DNA of 64,000 nt, from the NCBI GenBank assembly GCA_021773175.1, contig JAJFKO010000043.1:87757-151756 (forward strand), given 5' to 3'. Under the pieces are notes generated by a model. That model was not told the origin of the DNA. It saw only the letters and a program-made list of their open reading frames with translations, and made no database searches. Source of the DNA: Gammaproteobacteria bacterium. GTDB lineage: Bacteria > Pseudomonadota > Gammaproteobacteria > JAJFKO01. Positions within the stretch are counted from its first letter, which is position 1; the number at the start of each line of letters is the position of its first letter. Of the stretch, positions 19,935 through 30,489 are shown piece by piece. The translations under genes and the position numbers were made by a program.

Positions 19935-20789
19935 TTAAAGAATTTCTTGCTGACTAATGTTCTTATCAGCATCAACGAGTAGCATAGTATTCACCGGGAT
20001 ACTATGCCACTCGGCATTAAAGTTATTAAGCTTTTCTGATGCGATAATAATCGTTTCAATCTTATCTTTTGCTGGTGTGATATGACATGCATCTTCTGCA
20101 TAACAAAATGCCTCACCAGCAGCATAATATAACGTTGGTATCACATCATTTCTATCAGAGGTGTAGTGTAATGCTAGTAATTGTTGATTATCCGTAATCG
20201 CTAAGTTTAAGTGAGCATGTCCTTGCTCTGCAAACTCTTGCTGCAGCTCATCTATCTGCATCACCGTTGTTTCCAACGTCTGTGCAAGCGTTTCGATATC
20301 TTGTGGAAAATTTTGTTGTTTTAAATTCTGTAAAAATAAAGCAAATAAATGTTCTGAATCCGTTTGGCCTTTAACCCACGCATAAATATCGTCATCGAGT
20401 AAGTGGCGCAAATGACGTTTACTTTTTTGGAAGTTAGCAATGCCACCATTATGCATAAAGCAATAACAGCCATAATGAAAAGGGTGACAATTAAATTGAC
20501 TGACACCACCAAGACTGGCTGCTCGGACATGAGCAAAAAAGCACTGTGTTATGATTTTTTGGGTTAGATAATCTAGATTGCGATCATTCCAGGCGGGTTG
20601 AATAGACGTAAATAAAGCCGGTTCTGCATTAATAGTAGTTTGATACCAACCTAAACCGAAGCCATCACCATTAACCGCAATATTTGATTCGCGCGCATGA
20701 ATACTTTGTCGAATCAAAGAGTTTTTGGGTTTAAATAAAATATCATGAAGTAAAATAGGTTTGCCTAGATAGGCGATGAAACGACACAT
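19935..20789 (-). CDS. Class II glutamine amidotransferase (EgtC/YafJ-like Ntn hydrolase)
   Basis: True start MCRFIAY gives the N-terminal Cys; NGDGFGLGWY, AHVRAA, NCHPF, FMHNG, GQTDSE and ASEKL motifs. Confidence 0.9.
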   Translation of the reverse strand: MCRFIAYLGKPILLHDILFKPKNSLIRQSIHARESNIAVNGDGFGLGWYQTTINAEPALFTSIQPAWNDRNLDYLTQKIITQCFFAHVRAASLGGVSQFNCHPFHYGCYCFMHNGGIANFQKSKRHLRHLLDDDIYAWVKGQTDSEHLFALFLQNLKQQNFPQDIETLAQTLETTVMQIDELQQEFAEQGHAHLNLAITDNQQLLALHYTSDRNDVIPTLYYAAGEAFCYAEDACHITPAKDKIETIIIASEKLNNFNAEWHSIPVNTMLLVDADKNISQQEIL

Positions 20790-20882
20790 ATTATTAATAT
20801 CCTTATTAAATATGCATTTCTTATAAAAATAGCAGGCCAAATTCCATTTGGCAAAGTATGAGGACTAAAAAGATATAATCAG

Positions 20883-21152
20883 CTATTCAGCTTCACCAAA
20901 ACGTTCTTCAATAAGCGTTAGTAAGTCATTTGTTGCTTCTTGTTCATCTTCACCATCAACAATCAATTCAATTTCACTACCTTTACTGGCTGCCAACATC
21001 ATGACTCCCATAATGCTCTTGCCATTAACTTTTTTGTTATTGAAATTCACTTCGACTTTACTGCCATATCTACTGGCCACAGATACAAATTTTGCAGCGG
21101 CGCGTGCATGTAAGCCTAATTTATTGATAATGGTTGTTTTTGTTCGCATCAT
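20883..21152 (-). CDS. ptsH: HPr/NPr phosphocarrier protein
   Basis: NKLGLHARAAAKFV and GKSIMGVMMLAA. Confidence 0.95.
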   Translation of the reverse strand: MMRTKTTIINKLGLHARAAAKFVSVASRYGSKVEVNFNNKKVNGKSIMGVMMLAASKGSEIELIVDGEDEQEATNDLLTLIEERFGEAE

Positions 21153-21178
21153 ATTTAACTCTTTTATTTTAAATTTTA

Positions 21179-21601
21179 TTATTCTTTATCTGATTGTGGT
21201 TTATCATCGTCTGGACATTCACAATTTAACACTCCTTCGCGACCGCCACTGAAGGCTTTTTCGCGTAATTCATCGAGGGGCAGGCTAGAATAGTTTAATA
21301 CCCGAATCAGCATCGGTAGGTTAAGCCCTGCAACGACATGAATAGATCTTTGCTCGCGTAAAGCATTAGACAGATTACTTGGTGTTGAGCCAAACATATC
21401 CGTTAACACTAATACGCCATCACCTTGATCCATTTCTTCACAGGTTTTTTGTAAGCGTGGGATCAAAACATCAGGATCAGCATTGCGTTTGATTGATATT
21501 GCTCGGCAAGGCATCGGTAAGTTTTCTAAAGTATTTTTGGCGGCATTCAGTAATGCTTTACCGATATTGCCATGTGTAATAATAATAACTGCAACGGTCA
21601 T
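21179..21601 (-). CDS. PTS mannose/fructose-family EIIA component
   Basis: IIITHG, VLTDMFGSTPSN and AGLNLPML. Confidence 0.9.
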   Translation of the reverse strand: MTVAVIIITHGNIGKALLNAAKNTLENLPMPCRAISIKRNADPDVLIPRLQKTCEEMDQGDGVLVLTDMFGSTPSNLSNALREQRSIHVVAGLNLPMLIRVLNYSSLPLDELREKAFSGGREGVLNCECPDDDKPQSDKE

Positions 21602-22443
21602 GATAAATCTCTATGTCGAACTTGGATATGTTTACGGTGTTGTTGATAATGAGCTGCTAATTTTTCAGCGACATATACTGAACGATGTTGGCCACCGGTA
21701 CAACCTAGTGCAATGGTTAGATATTGGCGGTTATTTTTTTCGTAATGTGGTAACCAGAGGTCAAGAAAATTTGTTATGTCTGAGACCATTGCAGGTGTTT
21801 CCTCGCCTGTTTCTAAGTATTGTTTAATAGCGGGATCTAACCCGGTATATTGGCGTAATTCAGGTTCCCAATAAGGATTTGGCAAACAGCGCACGTCAAA
21901 AACGTAGTCGCTTTCTAGCGGTAGTCCGTGTTTAAAGCCAAAGGATAAAAATAAAATCGATAAGCTGGGTAATTGATCATTATTTATTGTAGAGCGAATA
22001 TTATTACGTAGTTCATGTACTGATAATTGATTAGTTTCAATTTCAGTATCTGCTATTTTCTGTAAAGGATGTAATAATTCATGTTCACGTTGTAATGCTT
22101 CATCTAGAGAAATATCATCAGTTGTTAATGGGTGTTTGCGTCGAGTTTCACTAAAACGTTTAATTAGGGTGTTATCATCGGCATTAAGATAGATGATTTC
22201 GCAACTTTCACATAAGTCTTTAACATTCGCTAAAACTTTTTTAAATTTTGAAAAATCTCGTGGAAAATTACGTGCGTCGATACTGGTTGCAACTTTATTG
22301 TAACCTTGACTTAATTCTTCCACTAAGTTTGGTAGTAGTGTTGTTGGCACGCCATCGACACAATAAAAGCCGAGATCTTCCAGCATATGTAAGGCGACAC
22401 TTTTCCCTGAACCGGAACGTCCGCTAACAATGATTAATTGCAT
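21598..22443 (-). CDS. rapZ: RNase adapter RapZ (P-loop protein)
   Basis: IIVSGRSGSGKS, RFSETRRKHPL, SFGFKHG, DVRCLPNP and GCTGGQHRSV. Confidence 0.95.
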   Translation of the reverse strand: MQLIIVSGRSGSGKSVALHMLEDLGFYCVDGVPTTLLPNLVEELSQGYNKVATSIDARNFPRDFSKFKKVLANVKDLCESCEIIYLNADDNTLIKRFSETRRKHPLTTDDISLDEALQREHELLHPLQKIADTEIETNQLSVHELRNNIRSTINNDQLPSLSILFLSFGFKHGLPLESDYVFDVRCLPNPYWEPELRQYTGLDPAIKQYLETGEETPAMVSDITNFLDLWLPHYEKNNRQYLTIALGCTGGQHRSVYVAEKLAAHYQQHRKHIQVRHRDLS

Positions 22444-22528
22444 ATATTTATGACCATGTCCAAATTTGCGAACGTCTGATTATACCAGTAATTACTAGAA
22501 TGCAAACCCCTCAACATGGTTGTGTAAC

Positions 22529-23029
22529 CTACCTTGTAGCAAAGCACTTTACAGTTGAGTGGTTATTTGCCAAATATGTGCATGTTACCATACTATAACT
22601 TTTTGCTGCGCTGGTTTCGTTTGAACTATAACTTTGTAATTGTCGATCTAGCTCATGCTTAATAACAGCATGGATTTTATCTGAAAACATAGGCAACTTG
22701 TTAAAGAGCTCAAAACAGGTATTGCCAGTTGCAACACTGCAGTTATTGTCATAGCAGGTGGAAGACCAAGTATCATCAACGAATGATATCTGCCTAAAAT
22801 TTCTTGCTTCTTTCCCATAGTAATTTGATTTAGGAGAGTTAAATTTAAAGTTATCAGAGTAATCTTGTAATTTTCCACCAAATTGACGTGCTGCATTCAC
22901 GCATGCTCCCTGACCGGATAGAAATATTGCCAGACCTGGTGCTTTAGGGCGATGCTTCAGCGTTGCAAAAGATGCTGAAGAGATGATGAGTAGTATTAAG
23001 CCCAATACGAATAAATAGTTTCTTTTCAT
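22529..23029 (-). CDS. Hypothetical secreted Cys-containing protein
   Basis: Sec signal peptide (MKRNYLFVLGLILLIISSASFA); 6 Cys in the mature part. Confidence 0.7.
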   Translation of the reverse strand: MKRNYLFVLGLILLIISSASFATLKHRPKAPGLAIFLSGQGACVNAARQFGGKLQDYSDNFKFNSPKSNYYGKEARNFRQISFVDDTWSSTCYDNNCSVATGNTCFELFNKLPMFSDKIHAVIKHELDRQLQSYSSNETSAAKSYSMVTCTYLANNHSTVKCFATR

Positions 23030-23159
23030 CTTTCTTTCTTTTCTTCCTAAGATGTGGGATATGAATAAAGTGACAATTAATTTGTGATGCTCAAATTATA
23101 TCAAAAGCATGTCTGCAGACAAGAAAAATATGAGTATATGAGGTAAAACATTGTTAGGG

Positions 23160-23714
23160 CTATTTATCCTGAGGATCAGTTTGCATCATCTTACGGTGGC
23201 GCTTAATAAAGTCTAAATTAGCATAATAACCTTTGGCGCGAAGTAGTTCATTACGTACAGCACCTTCAACCAGAATTGCGAGATTACGTCCAGGGGAGAC
23301 CGGAATTGAGACTTCAGGAACCACGACTTTCAGAATTTGGCGTTTACGATGGATGCCATGCAAGCGGTCGGCTGTCTTAAATTCTTCATGAGTAATTTCT
23401 AAGAGATTGATGACAAGATGTAAGCGTTTTGCATTTTTCACGGCAATGTCGCCAAACATTTCCCTTATATTTAAGATACCTAGGCCACGAACCTCAAGAA
23501 AGTCTTGAAGTACAACAGGGCAGCGTCCCATCAACGTTTCGTCATCAATACGGGTTAATTCCACAGTATCATCAGCAATGAGTCGATGGCTGCGATTAAT
23601 GAGATTCAGAGCGATTTCACTTTTACCAATGCCACTGTCGCCGGTTAGTAATACACCAAGACCAAAGACATCGAGAAATACGCCGTGCATAACTTTGCTT
23701 TTTTGTTCTGACAT
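23160..23714 (-). CDS. hprK: HPr kinase/phosphorylase, catalytic domain only
   Basis: HGVFLDVFGLGVLLTGDSGIGKSE, LIADD, LEVRGLGI and PGRNLA. Confidence 0.92.
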   Translation of the reverse strand: MSEQKSKVMHGVFLDVFGLGVLLTGDSGIGKSEIALNLINRSHRLIADDTVELTRIDDETLMGRCPVVLQDFLEVRGLGILNIREMFGDIAVKNAKRLHLVINLLEITHEEFKTADRLHGIHRKRQILKVVVPEVSIPVSPGRNLAILVEGAVRNELLRAKGYYANLDFIKRHRKMMQTDPQDK

Positions 23715-23783
23715 TCTAACTCATTAAATATTAAGGTTTTAGGATTAGCGTATCTACCGAAACTTGCATTTCGAATTCCGATA

Positions 23784-23821
23784 GATATATCGCTCGCATT
23801 TCGAAATACGAGCGGTATATC
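23784..23821. repeat. 38-bp palindrome (collapsed ERIC-like element or terminator)
   Basis: gatatatcgctcgcatttcgaaatacgagcggtatatc; a degenerate sister hairpin sharing gcatttcgaa lies at ~23751-23787. Confidence 0.5.
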
Positions 23822-23883
23822 ACATTATTTTTGTAATTAGATGAGTGAAAGAAATTTCTTCAACACTCGATGTTTTGCTGCTC

Positions 23884-24177
23884 TTAGTGTTCAGCAATTT
23901 TTTCTTTGTGCTTAAGAACTTGCTTATTGAGTTTACTAACTAAATTATCAATGGCTTCATACATATCTTCTGCTTTAGATGTTGCATGAAAGACATTGCC
24001 AGGAACACGAACGGTTGCCTCTACACACTGCATAAGATGCTCAACATTGAAGGTAACATCAATGCTTGAAATTCTATCAAAATAGCGGGTTAAGCGTTCA
24101 AGCTTTTTGGTAGTGAGATCTTTTAATGAATCGGTGGTTTCTACATTGTGGCCAGTAAAGTTGATTGAAATAGACAT
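23884..24177 (-). CDS. hpf: Ribosome hibernation promoting factor (HPF/RaiA)
   Basis: TGHNVETTDSLK and DMYEAIDNLVSKL; located downstream of rpoN. Confidence 0.95.
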   Translation of the reverse strand: MSISINFTGHNVETTDSLKDLTTKKLERLTRYFDRISSIDVTFNVEHLMQCVEATVRVPGNVFHATSKAEDMYEAIDNLVSKLNKQVLKHKEKIAEH

Positions 24178-24254
24178 AATAACACTCCTATTTATCTGGT
24201 TAATTCTGTTCCTTTGACGCCCATTATAACATGTGCGAATTAATTGTTGAATCT

Positions 24255-24343
24255 TTAGGACTTTCGCAAAACTTTTTACCTGAGCCCTGCCTGTGCCCTT
24301 TGGGTATGGGTAGACGAGGCAAAGAGTTTATAGTAAGTCCTGA
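24255..24343. mobile_element. Degenerate palindromic MITE (tcaggacttacgc family)
   Basis: Ends ttaggactttcgc ... gtaagtcctga match the termini of the 52294 element. Confidence 0.55.
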
Positions 24344-24358
24344 CTTGTTTTCTCCTTA

Positions 24359-25786
24359 TTAATTAATACACTTACGTTCATTCGATGCTGCAATATGTAA
24401 TGTTTCACGATATTTTGTAATGGTTCTGCGTGCAACATTAATACCATGTTGTTGCTGTAACGTGTTTGTTATTTTTTGGTCACTATAAGGGTGTCGTTTA
24501 TTTTCTTTAGTAATCAATTCTTGAATTAATGCTTGAATGGCAATAGCCGATACTTCTCCTCCTGACTGTGTATTGACATGGCTACTGAAGAAATATTTTA
24601 ATTCAAAGCTACCGCGAGGAGAATGCAGATACTTACCATTGGTAATACGTGAAACTGTGGATTCATGTAACCCTGTTGCTTCGGCAATATTATGTAAGAT
24701 TAATGGTTGCATGGCTTTAGCTCCATGCTCAAAGAAAGCTTGTTGGTGCTTAACAATACATGTTGTCACTTTTAATAAAGTTTCATGGCGACTTTCTAAA
24801 CTGCTAATAAACCAACGAGCTTCTTGTAAGTAACTCCGCCAGGTTGCATGTTGTTGCGCTGAACCCGCATTAATAATATTGGCGTAAATAGAGTTTATTT
24901 GCAGTCTAGGAATGGTATTTTCGTTTAATTGGGTTTGCCAGCCATGACTCTGTTTACTGACAATAACGTCGGGAATAATATAGTTGCTACTCATGGATGT
25001 CTTGCTATGCAGAGTGGGATAAGCTTGTAAATGATGCAATAATTCCAAAACAGCAGTAAGCGAGTTTTCATTAAGCTTATATTGACGTTTTATTTTTTGA
25101 TAATTGCGACTTGCAAGTAAATCGATGTCTTTTGAAATGATTTCTTGTAACTTTCTGTTGATAAGAGTGAGCTCTTGTTGTTGTAATTGAATGAGTAAAT
25201 ATTCTTGTAAATTACGTGAGCCTATTCCTAATGGTTCTAATTGTTGGACAACGTGTAATACTGCTAATACATCTTCAGAATCAACACAGTCATTATCACT
25301 GAGCTGTTGATTAACGGTGGAGCTTATTTCTTCAATTGAGTTATTTAAAAAACCTTGTTCGCTTAAACTATCAAGAATTGTTAGCGCAATAAATTTATCA
25401 GTCTTGATGAAGTGTGTTAATTCAATTTGCCATTGTAATTGTTCGTGGAGTGTTTGGACTTGTTGTAATTGATCAATATAGTCATTTGACGATGTTGTAG
25501 CATTATTACTATTATCATAATTTGTTAGTTTTTCAGCAGCAGTAATAGATGTTTCTGCCGATAATTCTTTTGTCGAGATATTTGTATTATTATGCCAGTC
25601 AGTTTGCTGTTCTTCGTCTGCGCGTTCTAATAATGGATTTTTTTCTAAGGTCTCTTCAACTTTGAGTTGTAATTCAAGACTTGTTAATTGTAATAAATAA
25701 ATAGCTTGCTGTAACTGAGGGGTTAAACGTAGTTGCTGTGTGAGTTGTAATTGTAAGCTTTGGCTTTGCTTCATGCTTATTGTCAT
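24359..25786 (-). CDS. rpoN: RNA polymerase sigma-54 factor
   Basis: LTPQLQQAIYLLQL region I, HESTVSR HTH and RpoN box ARRTITKYRE. Confidence 0.97.
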   Translation of the reverse strand: MTISMKQSQSLQLQLTQQLRLTPQLQQAIYLLQLTSLELQLKVEETLEKNPLLERADEEQQTDWHNNTNISTKELSAETSITAAEKLTNYDNSNNATTSSNDYIDQLQQVQTLHEQLQWQIELTHFIKTDKFIALTILDSLSEQGFLNNSIEEISSTVNQQLSDNDCVDSEDVLAVLHVVQQLEPLGIGSRNLQEYLLIQLQQQELTLINRKLQEIISKDIDLLASRNYQKIKRQYKLNENSLTAVLELLHHLQAYPTLHSKTSMSSNYIIPDVIVSKQSHGWQTQLNENTIPRLQINSIYANIINAGSAQQHATWRSYLQEARWFISSLESRHETLLKVTTCIVKHQQAFFEHGAKAMQPLILHNIAEATGLHESTVSRITNGKYLHSPRGSFELKYFFSSHVNTQSGGEVSAIAIQALIQELITKENKRHPYSDQKITNTLQQQHGINVARRTITKYRETLHIAASNERKCIN

Positions 25787-26004
25787 TTTACTTGCATTCC
25801 ATTAAGAGAGACCGCATCGAGAGAATTCGATATAAAATTGATATATATGTGAATCCCTATATTTTATTGTAATAGAAAATGCGATATGCGCCAGTCGCTG
25901 TTGTGGTAATGTAATGGCTGAGATGTTGCCGGAGCCACAAGCTACTGAAATATATGAGAATAATAAGCGGGGTGCGAATAAAGGTCTTTGTGAAAGCTTT
26001 GCTG

Positions 26005-26745
26005 TTATAACACAAATTCATCGCCCAAATAGACATCACGGACTTTCTGATCGGCTAATATTTCCTGTGGCGTGCCTTTACATAAAATATGGCCGGTATT
26101 AACAATATAAGCATGCTCACAAATATCCAATGTTTCACGAACATTATGATCCGTAATTAAAATGCCGAGTCCACGTTGTTTTAAATGCGTAATAATGCGT
26201 TTAATATCGATTACGGAGATAGGATCAATACCTGCAAAAGGTTCATCAAGTAACATAAATTTGGGATCTGAAGCTAGAGCGCGAGCAATCTCAACACGAC
26301 GACGCTCACCACCGGACAAACTAAACGCCATGTTGTCACGAATATGAGCGATATGAAATTCCTCAAGTAATTCATCAAGAATATCGTGACGTTGTTGCTT
26401 GTTTAACTCCGAACGTAATTCAAGTATTGCTAAAATATTTTGTGCGACAGTGAGTTTACGAAAAACGGATGCTTCTTGTGGTAGATAACCAATACCAAGT
26501 CGTGCACGCACATGCATGGGTAGATGCGTAATATCTTTGCCATTGAGAATAATATTACCGCGGTCAGCACTGACCAAACCAACAATCATATAAAAACTTG
26601 TGGTTTTACCAGCACCATTAGGGCCAAGCAAACCAACAATTTCGCCCGTATTTAGCGTTAGTGATACGTTCTCAACAACCCAACGGTTTTTATATTGTTT
26701 GCCAAGATTGTTTGCTTCCAAAGTCGTCGAGCTACTTGTTGTCAT
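26005..26745 (-). CDS. lptB: LPS export ABC ATPase
   Basis: [32 protein letters not shown] and [10 protein letters not shown]. Confidence 0.97.
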   Translation of the reverse strand: MTTSSSTTLEANNLGKQYKNRWVVENVSLTLNTGEIVGLLGPNGAGKTTSFYMIVGLVSADRGNIILNGKDITHLPMHVRARLGIGYLPQEASVFRKLTVAQNILAILELRSELNKQQRHDILDELLEEFHIAHIRDNMAFSLSGGERRRVEIARALASDPKFMLLDEPFAGIDPISVIDIKRIITHLKQRGLGILITDHNVRETLDICEHAYIVNTGHILCKGTPQEILADQKVRDVYLGDEFVL

Positions 26746-27292
26746 TCGTTTTGCCTGTTTTTGGTAATTTATTCGGATAAAGCACGATAGTCGTGCGGTG
26801 ATGTTGTTGCGCTGAAGAATTAACAGTTTGCGTTTGCGTATTGTAAGTAATGATATCGCCTTTAATTATATTCGGTTTTTGAGAGGCGACAGCATCTTTT
26901 AATAAATAAGCTAAATGTTTTTGTGGAAAATATTTTATAGTAATGGCTTGTGCTTTAAAGAGTGGCTGTTTAGGTTTGGGTAACGTAATATAATGCGCGC
27001 GCTTTTTTGCGGAGCCGTAGGCAATGAGCTCTTTAACTTTATGCTTTTTGGAGGCATAGATAACCACTTTATTCGCGGTTAAGATAGTTGTTCCTTGTGT
27101 GATTTTGACATTACCCGTGAAAACACTTTTACCAATTGAATTATTAAAGTAAGAACTATCCGCAACAATATGTAAAGGCTTTTGTTGATCACTTGCCAAT
27201 GCATATAGAATTTCAGGAATTGTTAAGCAGAAGATAATAAACGTTATGAAAATAAACTTTTTGCGTAAACTCGGAAGCATAAAATGTGTCAT
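26732..27292 (-). CDS. lptA: LPS transport periplasmic protein LptA
   Basis: Signal peptide, [15 protein letters not shown] and [10 protein letters not shown]; operon position. Confidence 0.9.
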   Translation of the reverse strand: MTHFMLPSLRKKFIFITFIIFCLTIPEILYALASDQQKPLHIVADSSYFNNSIGKSVFTGNVKITQGTTILTANKVVIYASKKHKVKELIAYGSAKKRAHYITLPKPKQPLFKAQAITIKYFPQKHLAYLLKDAVASQKPNIIKGDIITYNTQTQTVNSSAQQHHRTTIVLYPNKLPKTGKTNDNK

Positions 27293-27918
27293 GGTTGTTT
27301 TTGCCTCGTTGGTTTTGACTTGGCTGCTTTATTGAAGTCGCTGGGATTATAATAGGCTTTAACATGAGATAAAATACGTAACCAGTGTTTTTGCAAATTT
27401 GCCTTCAAACCAACACCTTTTAGTGTTGCTCCATGTTGCATGATGGTAACTGGTTTCTTTGTTTCGGCAATATGTGTGCTTGGCGTCAGCATGATTTCTT
27501 CAGTGAGTATTGTCGTAGCATGTGATTTAGGTTTCGCCGCATTTTGATGAATGACAACGTTATCCCATAATTGAATATGTTTGGTGCCATTAATAGCTTT
27601 ACCTTGATTAGCTGTAATATCCCAAGGTGGTTGTTGTTTCTTACTGTAAACTAAGAAATGCGGTTGTTGCATGAAGGTTATATTATTTTTTGTATAGTGC
27701 TGTAAACGCTGAGCTGTAAAATGTAAGTTTACTTTACCAGTTTTATCCATTTGCCAAACTTCGGCTTGTTGTATGACTTGATTCGGTAGGGCATCATTTC
27801 GAACTTGCTTGATGACAAGACCTTTAGAAATCGATAGCGCTAACCAACTGCTAAAAATAGCCAATAAGACTAGAACAGTTAGCCATATGATGGTGCGTTT
27901 ATTTGCGTGATGTTGCAT
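27289..27918 (-). CDS. lptC: LPS export protein LptC
   Basis: N-terminal TM, WDITANQG and LWDNVVI; between kdsC and lptA. Confidence 0.88.
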   Translation of the reverse strand: MQHHANKRTIIWLTVLVLLAIFSSWLALSISKGLVIKQVRNDALPNQVIQQAEVWQMDKTGKVNLHFTAQRLQHYTKNNITFMQQPHFLVYSKKQQPPWDITANQGKAINGTKHIQLWDNVVIHQNAAKPKSHATTILTEEIMLTPSTHIAETKKPVTIMQHGATLKGVGLKANLQKHWLRILSHVKAYYNPSDFNKAAKSKPTRQKQP

Positions 27919-27984
27919 AAATTCAACTAAAGTTGTGCTAAATGTGCTCGATTATAATGGCTTTTATTAGAAAAAGCGATAATT

Positions 27985-28527
27985 CTATTCTAAATATCTA
28001 GCTTGTAAGCCGGTTAATTTATCTTGGGCGGCTAAGATCATTTCACAGACTTCACGGACTGCGCCAAAACCTCCCGATTCTTGAGTAACCCAAGCAGCAT
28101 GTTGTTTAACGAAATCCGTAGCATTATTGACAGCGATTCCAAATCCGGCGGCCTTAATTAATGGCAAATCAGGTAAGTCGTCACCAACATAAGCAATGTC
28201 ATCGATTTGTAAATGACATGTAGTTAATAAATCCTGAAAAGCTTTACGCTTATCATGCTGGCCTTGGTAAATATGTTTAATGCCTAATTCTGACATGCGT
28301 TTTTCAGTAATATGTGATTGTCTACCGGTAATGATAGCGACATCGATACTGCCCTGCATTAATAACTTGATGCCCATGCCATCCAATGTGTGGAAATTCT
28401 TGAGCTCATTGCCACTGTTGTCATAAATAATTTTCCCATCAGTGAACACACCATCAACATCAAAGATCACCATTTTAATAGCGGTAACTTTAGGTAAGAG
28501 CTTGGCTGGCAGATTATATTGACTCAT
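27985..28527 (-). CDS. kdsC: KDO 8-phosphate phosphatase
   Basis: FDVDGVFTDG, GDDLPDLP and GGFGAVRE. Confidence 0.95.
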   Translation of the reverse strand: MSQYNLPAKLLPKVTAIKMVIFDVDGVFTDGKIIYDNSGNELKNFHTLDGMGIKLLMQGSIDVAIITGRQSHITEKRMSELGIKHIYQGQHDKRKAFQDLLTTCHLQIDDIAYVGDDLPDLPLIKAAGFGIAVNNATDFVKQHAAWVTQESGGFGAVREVCEMILAAQDKLTGLQARYLE

Positions 28528-28536
28528 AGTTATTTC

Positions 28537-29514
28537 CTAAACAATGCCTGCACGTAAAATATCATGCAGATGGATGACGCCTAATAAATTATTATCGTTG
28601 TCAGTCACGGGTAATGATGTAATTAAATGTTTTTCCATCATTTGCAAAGCTTCGACTGCCATGATTTTTGGTCGCGATGATTTACATGGCGAAGTCATAA
28701 CGTCTTTCATAGGTAGTTTATGCATATCTTGTGCTTTATCTAAAGCTCGACGTAAATCACCATCGGTGAAAACGCCAATCAACTTATTATTACTATCCGT
28801 AATCGTAGTCATACCTAAACGTTTTTCAGTCATGACAATTAAAGCTTCAGCTAAAGAAGTCTCTGGAGTAACTGCAGGTATAGCTTCACCTGAATGAATG
28901 AGATCACTAACGCGTAATAATAAGCGCCGCCCTAGATTGCCGCCAGGATGTGACAAAGCAAAGTCTTCAGCAGTAAAACCGCGTGATTCAAGTAATGCAA
29001 TCGCCAAGGCATCGCCCATGGCTAGCATTGCTGTAGTACTTGAGGTGGGTGCCAAACCCAGAGGACATGCTTCCTTTTCAACGCTGATATCTATATGTAT
29101 ATGAGAATTCTGGGCTAGCTCTGACTTTGGATTGCCAGTTAAACTGATTAATGGCAGGTTAAGAATTTTGATAACCGGTAAAATTTTAATAATTTCTTCC
29201 GTTGAGCCTGAGTATGATAGAGCGACGACAACATCTTTATGTGTCAGCATACCAAGATCACCATGACTGGCTTCACCTGGATGAACAAAAAATGCTGGAG
29301 TGCCGGTACTCGCAAACGTTGCGGCAATTTTATTGCCAATATGTCCGGATTTACCCATACCTGTGACGACAACACGACCTTCACAATGCAGCATATATTC
29401 ACAAGCTTTGGCAAATTTATCGTCAATTTGCGATTCCAGCGCTGCAATTGCTTGCGCTTCTGTTGCGATTACGGCTTTACCAAGTTCACAGAACTTTTGT
29501 ACTTTTACATCCAT
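28537..29514 (-). CDS. kdsD: Arabinose 5-phosphate isomerase (SIS domain plus CBS pair)
   Basis: GMGKSGHIG, HPGEASHGDLG, EACPLGLAPTSST and HPGGNLG. Confidence 0.96.
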   Translation of the reverse strand: MDVKVQKFCELGKAVIATEAQAIAALESQIDDKFAKACEYMLHCEGRVVVTGMGKSGHIGNKIAATFASTGTPAFFVHPGEASHGDLGMLTHKDVVVALSYSGSTEEIIKILPVIKILNLPLISLTGNPKSELAQNSHIHIDISVEKEACPLGLAPTSSTTAMLAMGDALAIALLESRGFTAEDFALSHPGGNLGRRLLLRVSDLIHSGEAIPAVTPETSLAEALIVMTEKRLGMTTITDSNNKLIGVFTDGDLRRALDKAQDMHKLPMKDVMTSPCKSSRPKIMAVEALQMMEKHLITSLPVTDNDNNLLGVIHLHDILRAGIV

Positions 29515-29685
29515 TTTATGACCTTCTTTTAACCCAAATTGGCGCTATTTTAGCGTAATGTCAGGCCTTTTAGCAAATTATTAACAAGGAATATCATAAG
29601 TTATGGCCAGTTTGGCAAGACATTGCTTTTTTGGGTTTTTTAGGTCATTATGGCCACAATTTTTGAAAATAAACTGGTCTAGAAA

Positions 29686-30489
29686 ATGAGTACAACGGAA
29701 AATTTGATTACCGTAAACGACTTGCATTTTAGTCGAGGCGAGCGCGTTATATATGAAGGCATTGATATGGCAATACCTAAAGGTAAAGTCATCGCGGTTA
29801 TGGGGCCAAGTGGTTGTGGTAAAACAACTTTATTACGTTTAATTGGTGCTAAGCTACGCCCACAATCCGGTTCAATTATTGTTGATAATCAGAATGTTTT
29901 TAAACTTTCACGTCGCGAATTATATAAAGCTCGTCGTAAAATGGGATTGTTATTTCAGTCTGGAGCGTTATTCACGAGTTTATCTGCTTACGAGAATGTA
30001 GCTTTTCCATTACGTGAGCATACCAACCTTCCTGAAACGTTGATTCGACGTATCGTCTTAATGAAATTACAAGCGGTCGGTTTGCGTGGTGCCAGTGAAT
30101 TGATGCCAAGTGAATTATCCGGTGGTATGGCTCGTCGCGTGGCGTTAGCCCGGGCAATTGCGATGGATCCACAATTAGTTATGTATGACGAACCGTTTAC
30201 GGGTTTAGATCCGATTGCAATGGGCGTCATCGTGCAATTGATTCGTAAATTAAATGATGCTTTAGGTCTAACAAGTATCGTTGTTACGCATGATGTTCCA
30301 GAAGTGATGAGCATTGCAGATTACGTCTATGTTTTAGCGAATGGCAAAGTCATTGGTGAGGGCACACCTGAAGAAGTACGGCAAGATTCTTCACCTTTAC
30401 TGAAGCAATTTATTCAAGGTTTACCGGATGGTGTTGTTCCTTATCATTATCCAGCGAAAGATTACGCGGAGGATTTATTAGAATGCTAA
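29686..30489 (+). CDS. mlaF: Phospholipid ABC transporter ATPase
   Basis: [17 protein letters not shown] and [15 protein letters not shown]. Confidence 0.95.
   Translation: MSTTENLITVNDLHFSRGERVIYEGIDMAIPKGKVIAVMGPSGCGKTTLLRLIGAKLRPQSGSIIVDNQNVFKLSRRELYKARRKMGLLFQSGALFTSLSAYENVAFPLREHTNLPETLIRRIVLMKLQAVGLRGASELMPSELSGGMARRVALARAIAMDPQLVMYDEPFTGLDPIAMGVIVQLIRKLNDALGLTSIVVTHDVPEVMSIADYVYVLANGKVIGEGTPEEVRQDSSPLLKQFIQGLPDGVVPYHYPAKDYAEDLLEC

Noticed and set aside
25787-26004. Possible ncRNA or degenerate palindromic element between lptB and rpoN
   Set aside because: Longer than usual, but I could not find convincing terminal repeats or a stable fold.
29612-29627. sigma54 promoter upstream of mlaF (TGGCAAGACATTGCT)
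   Set aside because: GG-to-GC spacing is 9 nt rather than the required 10.
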